A DNA stretch of 64,000 nt from Macrostomum lignano. Its lineage: Eukaryota. The stretch lies in NCBI GenBank assembly GCA_002269645.1, contig NIVC01000067.1, positions 744,001 to 808,000 of the forward strand, given 5' to 3'. The notes beneath the pieces were generated by a model. It was given only the letters and a program-made list of their open reading frames with translations. It was not told the DNA's origin and searched no databases. Shown here piece after piece: positions 52,356 through 62,300 of this stretch; position 1 is the first letter of the stretch; each line of letters starts with the position of its first letter. The translations under genes were made by a program, and so were the position numbers.

Positions 52356-53385
52356 ATTGGCTTGAAAATTTCTGCGATCAACTCTGCTTCAACTTGAATT
52401 CGCTTCAATATCGTCCTTGTCTAAAAGTTGCAGCACTCGGGGATGGGCCGAGGCTAGAACCCGCTTGGAATGGCTCTGGCCACAGCGGGCCAATCAGGGC
52501 CTGTGGAGGCGATGAATCTGCCTTGGCCCAAGAGCTCCATAGCACAGCTGCCAACCAAGAGAAGGCGTTTGGTCAGAGCCCGAGTGACGCGACATCCCCC
52601 CTCTCACCTCCCATTATAACCGGTGCTATTAATTGGTGTCGGCAATTAACAGCACCTGCTGCGTCGTAGAAGCGCGCTCGCCTTACTATATATATGCATT
52701 TATAAGGAGCTGTATAAGCAGACGCCGCCAGTTCATGATGCAGCTGCCTCTTGATTTTTAGGCGACGACGGTGCGACTCTCACTCTCTCTCTCTCTATCG
52801 GTGGGACAGCCCAGCAGCTGGACAGTGGCGCCGTGGTGGCGCAGAAGAGGTGTGAAAAGCGATAGAGTGGTTCTGTGTGTGTGCCCAACGGCGACGAGAC
52901 GTCTAGGCGTCTAACCAGTCATCAACACTTCCTTCCCCTCCTGCACCCACACACTCACTCTCCCTCCGCCTCGGCCTTGTGGCGGCGCGCGCTCCGCCCC
53001 GTTCCTCCCGCATAGCCCTGCTGTAGCCTAAGAGGCGGCGGCGGCGGCACATTCCTTTGTACCGCGGCGACACAAGGCCTGGCACGCGTTCTCCTCCGAT
53101 TTGAGGAGCGGCAACCACTCCGCTCACTCTTGAAAACCAGATCCCACTCTCTTCATCAGACGGCCGAAGCTTTTGAGAACGGAGAGAAAGCAATTTAAAC
53201 TGCCAGCGGGAAACATGATTTATCACACCGGCTGGAAGCAAAACTTACCAAAAGATGCACCTGTTCAGGAATTGTCTCTTCGCAGAAAGAAAAAGGAAGC
53301 TTTTACCTGCAAGCTATAAATGACACAATTTGACTAATTGGTAGCATTTCGCTTGGAACAGCCTTGTGAAATATGAATGAATGGT

Positions 53386-53561
53386 TAGGACCGCGTAGCC
53401 AGGAGGGGGCATAGACCACCCAGAGGGGCCAATGCTTTGTCAGAACCCAGCGACCCAACCTTTTTTGTCGAAAAATTAGAAAAAAGAGGCTATCAAATAA
53501 CCAATTGAACGATAAGAGAGGATCTTAGATGATATTGCCATAGAATCAAAGTACGCCCCTA
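53386..53561. mobile_element. possible small MITE
   Basis: Imperfect inverted ends AGGACCGCGTAGCCAGG ... GTACGCCCCT. Confidence 0.3.
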
Positions 53562-53604
53562 ACTACATGCACAACACACCGCTACGAGGCACCAGCATAC
53601 TTAG

Positions 53605-54380
53605 AACCCAGTCAGTGAAATCCAATCAGTGAGATCCCAGTCAGTAGAATCCCAGTGAAATCCCAGACAGTGAAATCCCAGTCAGTGAAATCCCAGTCAG
53701 TGAAATCCCAATCAGTGAGATCTCAGTCAGTGAGATCCCAGTCAGTGAAATCCCAGTGAAATCCCAGACAGTGAAATCCCAGTCAGTGAAATCCCAATCA
53801 GTGAAATCCCTATCAGTGAGATCCCAGTCAGTGAAATCCTAGTCAGTGAGATCCCAATCAGTGAAATCCCAATCAGTGAGATCCCAATCAGTGAGATCCC
53901 AGTCAGTGAAATCCCAATCAGTGAAATCCCAATCAGTGAGATCCCAGTCAGTGAAAATCCCAATCAGTGAGATCCCAGTCAGTGAAATCCCAATCAGTGA
54001 AATCCCAATCAGTGAGATCCCAGTCAGTGAAATCCCAATCAGTGAGATCCCAGTCAGTGAAATCCCAATCAGTGAGATCCCAGTCAGTGAAACCCCAATC
54101 AGTGAGATCCCAGTCAGTGAAATCCCAATCAGTGAGATCCCAGTCAGTGAAATCCCAATCAGTGAGATCCCAGTCAGTGAAATCCCAATCAGTGAAATCC
54201 CAATCAGTGAGATCCCAGTCAGTGAAATCCCAATCAGTGAAATCCCAATCAGTGAGATCCCAGTCAGTGAAACCCCAATCAGTGAGATCCCAGTCAGTGA
54301 AATCCCAATCAGTGAGATCCCAGTCAGTGAAATCCCAATCAGTGAGATCCCAGTCAGTGAAATCCCAATCAGTGAAATCC
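53605..54380. repeat. 15-bp minisatellite (TCAGTGAAATCCCAA/TCAGTGAGATCCCAG)
   Basis: Seen directly. Confidence 0.96.
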
Positions 54381-54394
54381 AGTGAGCCAGTACA

Positions 54395-54571
54395 GGCAGA
54401 CAGACAGAAAGACAGACAGACAAACAGACCGACAGCCAGAGACAGACAGACAGACCGACAGCCGGAGACAGACAGACAGACCGACAGCCGGAGACAGACA
54501 GACAGACCGACAGCCAGAGACAGACAGACAGACAGACCGACAGCCAGAGACAGACAAACAGGACAGACAGA
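54395..54571. repeat. (GACA)n-based repeat, probably the SINE tail
   Basis: Directly adjoins the 3' end of the minus-strand SINE. Confidence 0.9.
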
Positions 54572-54758
54572 TTCACACAGGATTTACAGTGGCCTTGACT
54601 CTGTCACCATCAGACGTGAGCACACGCTGTGCCTTGGCGGTTGGTTCTCAGTCAATTTTCACACACAAGTCCCAAATGAATGCGGCGCACAGAATCGAAC
54701 CCAGGCCGGGTACCCTGATTCGAGAGTCGAGACTCGTGAATCGATGAGCTGAGACTGG
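54572..54758 (-). mobile_element. tRNA-derived SINE-like element
   Basis: A-box-like TCAGCTCATCG, B box GGTTCGATTC, body shared with 21578-21790, and a (CTGT)n tail. Confidence 0.6.
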
Positions 54759-56351
54759 TGAACAATGATCGAGTTTGGCATGGCATCAGATCTGCTGCTT
54801 TCACAGCTAAAGACGCACACTGATCTAATCTAATCAGATTGCTAATCAGTCAACGTCAGGACTTTAGAGTAAATGACAGTGAAATCTGTCAGAAGCAATT
54901 ATGAGCTTTATGTAATATAGAATTCGAGGGAATCAAAATATCCTATGCAGTTTTGACTCGTAAAAATAGTCAAGCAAATACAATGCGTGTCTTTATTGAT
55001 CTATTCTGAGCAGTAATTATTGGAATCTTCAGCCGGCGCCCAGCACATATAGTTGATAAAATATATGTACACAGGGAGCTGTGAGAAGCAGGTGCTAGTA
55101 CCGTGGCTATATTGGAGCGAATCGCCCTAAGCAACATATATTTAACTATAAAATAAAATAGGTTGGCCGCCACCAAATAAGACAGGTGCGTATATTCTAT
55201 GTATAGATCCGCTCTATATCAGGCATGAAGTGTTACAAGGAGCAGAAAGTTGAAATAAACATTTCTGTAGAAATCTGTAGCGATTAAGGGTGAGGTGAGA
55301 TGTGGGAGATTTCGGGCGTGATTAGGGTCAGATTTTAGAGTTGGCGACGTGAGATTGAGGGTGAGATATTGGAGTACGGGTGTGAGATTTAGGGTGCAAT
55401 AAGGGGTGAGATTTTAGAGTTGAGGGTGAGATATGGGGCGAGATGTTGAAGTTGGGGGTAAGTTTGAGGGTGAGATATGATATGAGGTGAGATTTGGAGT
55501 TGGGGAGTGAGATTGGGGTTAAGATATGGGTTGAGATTGGGGGTAAGACAGAAGGGAACTAAAAACAAAAACCTCCATTATACGCTATACATCATATTTT
55601 GTTTCCCTAATCCAAAAAAGCAATTTAAAGCAAGAATCCGCAGCAGCAGGGAAGCGAACAAGCGCACAAATAAAACGGAATTTCGAAAATGCGCAATTTA
55701 CAAATAGCAGCAATGCATAAAGTTGGGCGTAATAATTATAATTAATGATAAGAACTACGGATGAGCCAACAAACGCTGCAATAGATCTATATTATACGGT
55801 TAGTTCATAGAATTTACGCATCCCTTTTTGGGTTCACAGATATTTTTATGTATCGCGTCTAAACTTGTTAAAAACATGCTGACAGAACATGCTTTTGAAT
55901 TCTTTGGAATGCACGATTATATAAAAGACTTTGTTCTACTGACTAGTACTATGTTCGGGTCATGAATGCAACCATATATGCGCGAAATGAAAATGGAGAG
56001 TCAAGAGAAAGAGAGAGAGCGCCGATACAGGTTCAAAGCACGTCTATTAAGAGAAAGACTGCAAAACAACAAAGGAGAATAAACTGTTCCTCGACCAGCC
56101 ACAGTGAGCAGTAGAACAATTAACCGATTATTATTGAAAGATTGGAATAAGTTAGAAAGGTTGAACGTGGAGTTTGTCTGAGAGAAATAGGGGGATAGAA
56201 AATTAGAGAATTTGATGGGACTATCAGAGAAGGGATTACAGAGAGGATTAGAGGGGATCAGAGAACGGATAAGAGAGGAGTCAGTGAGGGGATCAGAGAA
56301 CGGATAAGAGTCAGAGAGGAAATCAGCACAACCAGGAAAGACCGCCAAGGC

Positions 56352-59300
56352 TCAGTGACAGCCAAGCAAAGTGTCTGGATCAGCAGCAGCAGCAGCAGGC
56401 GCCAACGGAGGGGCTCTCCAACGCCGGAAGTAGAGCCAGAGCGCCAGCTCGCACAGCCCAGTGATCAGAGGGATGGCACCAGCCAGGCCCAGTACAACTG
56501 AGCGGCCGCTGGGACCGACTCTGGCAGACTGGCCGGGGGCAGTTCCGCTGCCAATGTAGGGCGCCAGAAGGTGCACAGTGAGCATAGATTGCAGATTGAA
56601 TGCCTTGGAGGCCAGGATGAGGTACAGGGAGGCGATCAGCGCGCTCATCGGCCGGTCGCGGCTCCAGCGACGTCGGTCGCGATCGGCCACTTCAACAACG
56701 GCCAGGGACTGCGAGGTGGGTTTACCGCAGTGGCGAGTTTACAGACTGCCTGTCTCCGCTTTAGTTCACAGCTAGTTCCGCCTTGGTTTACAGCTAGTTC
56801 CACTTTCCTTGGTTTACAGCTATTTCCGCTTTAGTTTACAGCTTGTTCCGCCTTGGTTTACAGCTAGTTCCGCTTTAGTTTACAGCTAGTTCCGCTTTGG
56901 TTTACAGCTAGTTCCGCTTTCCTTGGTTTACAGCTAGTTCCGCTTTAGTTTACAGCTAGTTCCGCCTTGGTTTACAGCCAGTTCCGCTTTAGTTTACAGC
57001 TAGTTCCGCCTTGGTTTACAGCCAGTTCCGATTCAGTTTACAGCTAGTTCCGATTCAGTTTACAGCAAGTTCCGCCTTGGTTTACAGCTAGTTCCGCTTT
57101 AGTTTACAACTAGCTTCGCTTTAGTTTACAGCCAGTTCCGCCTTGGTTTACAGCTAGCTTCACTTTGGTTTACAGCTACCTCCGATTTAGTTTACAGCTA
57201 GCCCCGTTTTAGTTTACAGCCAGCTCCGCTTTAGTTTACAGCTAGTTCCGCCTTGGTTTACAGCTAGTTCCGCCTTGGTTTACAGCTAGTTCCGCTTTAG
57301 TTTACAGCTAGTTCCGCTTTAGTTTACAGCTAGCTTCACTTTAGTTTACAGCTAGTTCCGATTTAGTTTACAGCTAGTTCCGCTTTAGTTTACAGCTAGC
57401 TCCGCCTTGGTTTGCAGCTAGTTCCGATTCAGTTTACAGCTAGCTTCACTTTAGTTTACAGCTAGTTCCGATTTAGTTTACAGCTAGCTCCGCTATAGTT
57501 TACAGACAGCTCCGCTATAGTTTACAGCCAGCTCCGCTATAGTTTACAGCCAGCTCCGCTTTAGTTTACAGCTAGCTTCACTTTGGTTTACAGCTACCTC
57601 CGCTTTAGTTTACAGCTAGCTCCGCTTTAGTTTACAGCTAGCTTCACTTTAGTTTACAGCTAGCTCCGCTTTAGTTTACAGCTAGTTCCGCCTTGGTTTA
57701 CAGCTAGTTCCGCCTTGGTTTACAGCTAGTTCCGCTTTAGTTTACAGCTAGTTCCGCTTTAGTTTACAGCTAGCTTCACTTTAGTTTACAGCTAGTTCCG
57801 ATTTAGTTTACAGCTAGTTCCGCTTTAGTTTACAGCTAGCTCCGCCTTGGTTTGCAGCTAGTTCCGATTCAGTTTACAGCTAGCTTCACTTTAGTTTACA
57901 GCTAGTTCCGATTTAGTTTACAGCTAGCTCCGCTATAGTTTACAGACAGCTCCGCTATAGTTTACAGCCAGCTCCGCTATAGTTTACAGCCAGCTCCGCT
58001 ATAGTTTACAGCCAGCTCCGCTTTAGTTTACAGCTAGCTTCACTTTGGTTTACAGCTACCTCCGCTTTAGTTTACAGCTAGCTCCGCTTTAGTTTACAGC
58101 TAGCTTCACTTTAGTTTACAGCTAGCTCCGCTTTAGTTTACAGCCAGCTCCGCTTTAGTTTACAGCTAGCTTCACTTTGGTTTACAGCTAGTTCCGCTTC
58201 AGTTTACAGCCAGTTCCGCTTCAGTTTACAGCCAGTTCCGCTTCAGTTTACAGCCAGTTCCGCTTCAGTTTACAGCCAGCTGCATCTGCCATGGTAAACA
58301 GTCTCACCTGCAAGTTGCAATTCAGTCCAACAATAGCACCATCCAATAACAGATAGGCCAGCTGCTGCCATAGGGCCAGTTCTGGCCCAGCCAGGTAGAA
58401 CAGGCCGCCAGTAGTAACGGTGAGGCCCGCTGCCAGCAGAGCGGCATCGGCTAGGGGCGCCCTGGCCAGGCAAGGATAGCAGAACATGAATAGCAGCGCT
58501 GGCAACAGCTGTGAGGCCAAATAGAACAGCGACTTGGCGCCGGCGCCCATAGCGGCGCCAGGGCCGGGCGGATCGAGCTGGTCGACCAGCATAGGCAGGA
58601 AGGCGGCGCCGAACCCCATGTGAAAATTGTGAGCGAATTTCAGCGCCAGCACGCATAGAAACAGGCGATCTGTGAATAACCGGCGAAGATTCTGCAACAG
58701 GCCCGGCTCGGCCAGGCGGATGGGTTGGCCCAGGCCGCTGGCTGCAGAACATGCGCCTCCGGGCTGCCAGACAGAAGGGTTGATGAGGGTGGGCTGCGGC
58801 TAGGATTCTGCGCTCGTGGGTGCTTGACACGCGATGGTGATGACGATGATGATGGTGGTGATGGTGATGATGGTGGAGGCTTGGCAAGATTCTGCACCTC
58901 CACGAAGCGTGCCGTCAACACGCGGTGCCAAGCGGGCAACCGGAGCAACCCGGTTGGCAAAGCAGAATCGGGGGGGGGAGAGAGGCCCGTAGCCTCGGCG
59001 TAACAGCCGCGGTCTATGGGCAAACCTCCTCGCAACAGAGTGGCTTGGACCTAACCGACCCAGGCACCTCTCGAAACAACAGTAAGGTTGAAAGCTTTGC
59101 CGAAAGTGAGAGAGAGAGTGAGGAACTGCTGCGGAAAATATCAAAAAAAAACAAAAAAAAGAAGGAGCATGAAGCGAACAAGGAAGAGAGTAATTGCACG
59201 TACCCAGAAAGCAAGGAAAGGCGAAGGGCTGAAATCAGCAGAGCGCTCGAGACCATCGAAAAGAACCCAGGACCGAGGCGTCCAGCACAAAAGACGGCAC

Positions 59301-62300
59301 GGAAGCTCAGACGAACCACACGACGAAAAAAGGTACGAGATAGGAAAGCGAGAGAGAAGGCCAGGAGGGCAAATGAGAGGTGGCACAATAACGACATAAA
59401 GCTAGCGACGTGGAATATGCGCAGAGCGAACGTAGGAAGCGGAAGGTTCGGCGAGGTCGTTAAGTACGCGATAGGAAAGGGATGGGACGTCACCCTCCTA
59501 TCCGAACTTGACACACCTGGCGTTGGCATCAGAAGCTACCATCACAGAGAAGCAGAGATGCACCTAGTCCACTCCCAGAAGGTGGGAATGCTTCTGGGAG
59601 AAACAGCCTGGACAATGTGGAACGAAACTGGGAGGAAGATGCACCCGATGAAACGAACACTTGCGCTGGAAATAGGCGGAGTGATCCTGATAGCCGTATA
59701 CCAACCGGTCAAGAAGGGTAAAGAGTACGAGGAAGAAGTGGATGAGATCCGAGAAGAAATCGAAAGGATGCTGAACACCTTTGCAAAGAAGGCTGTACTA
59801 ATCATCGGTGGAGATTTCAACGCCAGCGTTGGGAGCGGAGTGCACCGTCTCTCGAGCACAGGCCGTTATGGAATCGGACCAACGAACCAACAGGGTGAAG
59901 ACCTACTTCTTTGGCTAGAAAGCCTAGGCCTGGCATGGGCGAGCACCTTCTACAGGCAGAAGAAGCAAGGCACCTGGCGGAACCCGAGGTCACACCAATG
60001 GTACGAGATTGACGGCTTCATCACCAAGAAAGAGCAGAGACACCGGATCATCGGGAGCATCAGGACCGACCACGATCCGAATCACCATACGAGGTCCGAC
60101 CACCTACCGAAGGTCATCACCATGAAGAGAAGATTCGCGGAGAGATGCGCGGAACCAACCAGGAAGTATCCAAAAAACCAAAAAAACGAAATCGCCTGGG
60201 ACCGGCTCCGCGATGTCGGCGTACGCGAACTATACAGAAATAAGACGGAGGAAGTGCTAGCTGGAAAGGGCGAGACCGACTGGGAAACGACGAAACAAAC
60301 GATGCTTGAAGCCGCGAGAGAAATCTGCGGCCCAAAGACGAGACAGACGAACCCGTGGATGGTAGGGCACGAAGAAGAGCTGGCAGAACTTAACAAAGAA
60401 GTGGAGCACGCCCTGAGCGCCCGCAACCGAGTTAAGAAGTCACCCGAAGGGACCCTAACAGTAGAAGAGCGGACGGTGGCCTTGACCCGAGCCACACAAG
60501 GGCTGAAAGAGAAGCGGGGAAAGCAGAAGAAGAAACTCCAAGAGTGGATGGAACAGTGGTGGATGGAGATTGCCGAAGAGTGCAAGCGGAACTGCGACAC
60601 GGGAAACGTGGCTGGGATGTACGACTGTTTGCGGAAGATGGGCAGGAACACAAAGCAAAATGAGAACAACAGCAGAACAGTACCACTGTTCACGGCGGAA
60701 GACTTCAAGGAACACCTGTCAAAGATCCAGGAGCAACGGTTCGAGAACGACCAGGAGGAAATGCTCAATCTAATTAGGTCAGCCCCAAAGCCAAGCGTAG
60801 ACAAGGCTACGATAGAGGAAGCCAATGACCGGCTGTCCAGACCACTAACAAACAAAGAGATCGACGACGAAATCAAAAAGATCAAAGACGGGGCCCCGGG
60901 CTTAGACGGCATCCGAATGCGCTACATCACCAGCGCGTGCGCAATGGCCCAAGCGGAGGTCCGGAAAGTAGTGCACTACATCTGGAACAACCCAGCGGAC
61001 ACCTGGGAGGAGGACCAGAAAGTAGGTGTAATCATGCCACTCCACAAGAAAGGCGATCGGACGAACCTCAATAATTTCAGAGGGATCTGCCTCCTACCAG
61101 TCGCAAGCAGGATACTCGCTCGGATACTGGCGACGAGGCTGAGCTCATGGACGGAGAACATGGGTCTGCTAGACGACAACCAGTTCGGTTTCCGGAGCGG
61201 CCGGTCCACTATGGATGCGACCCAGATCATACTCAGACTGAACGAGGACGCCGAGAAGATCAGAGAGAGCCCAGAATGGGCAGAGTCGATGGATACCAGC
61301 CTAGTCTTGCTAGACCTTAAGAAGGCCTACCCGCGGGTAAACAAGCCGGCTCTTTGGGAACTGCTGAAACATCAGCACATGCCGGAGCGCACGATAAAAA
61401 AGCTGGCAGACCTGCACGAGTACACCGCGTACACGGTACGGTGCGGCGCAGAGACAAGTTCCGAATTTTACCCACAACGCGGGCTGAGAGAAGGCTGCGC
61501 CACATCGCCTATCCTCTTCAACATCTATCACCAGACGGCGATACGGATAGCAAAAGAGAGGCGCATGGAAAAAGCGAAGAACACCGGGGCCGAATGCGGA
61601 ATCAAGTGGGTTTGCCGACCGGGCAAATGCTTACCGCCTAAAAAGATGGGAGGTTACAACGAAGAAGCGGCGGAGATAACAATCACAGAAGTACTGTTCG
61701 CTGACGACACCACTATTGTCGGGGGATCCGAGGAAATCGAGCAAGGGACGAGAACCGTCATCGAGACCATCGGAATCCTAGAAGAACGGACGAACGATGA
61801 GAAGGAAGAGCGAGCTAAGCTAGGAACACCTGAGAGTCAGAACATCCGGATACTGGGCACCTGGATCGGCAGAAAGCAGGACACCGCCCAGCGGCTGCAG
61901 AGAGCTGCCAAAGCGTGGGCGGGAGTCAAATGCATGCTACGCAAAACACGACTAAGCAAACGCACCCAAGCTAGGATCATAGAGACCTGTGTTGAGAGCA
62001 CGATGCTCTTCAATGCAGGCGCCCGGCCCTTCCACAAGTCGGAAATTAAGCGGATGCAGCAGGCAATGGACCGTCGTTATCGGTACGTGTGGAGCAGCAA
62101 GACCGAACCACCGCTAAAAGAAATGGAGAGAAAAAAAGTGAACATGTGGGACGTGCGGAACGAACTGCGGGTCCGAAGCATCGGCGCCAAAGTCGAATCG
62201 GCCCACTGGCGCAGGCTAGGCCACGTACTCAGACTCCCGGATACCAGCACCGTCAAAAGATGTGTCCTCGGCTGGAGCAAGAAGCTGACTACCATCAAGA

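Noticed and set aside
59020-59060. Second CCTCCTCGC (HDV L3-like) motif in the RTE leader
   Set aside because: No flanking P3/P1/P2 pairing was found; the complete fold is at 58879-58969.
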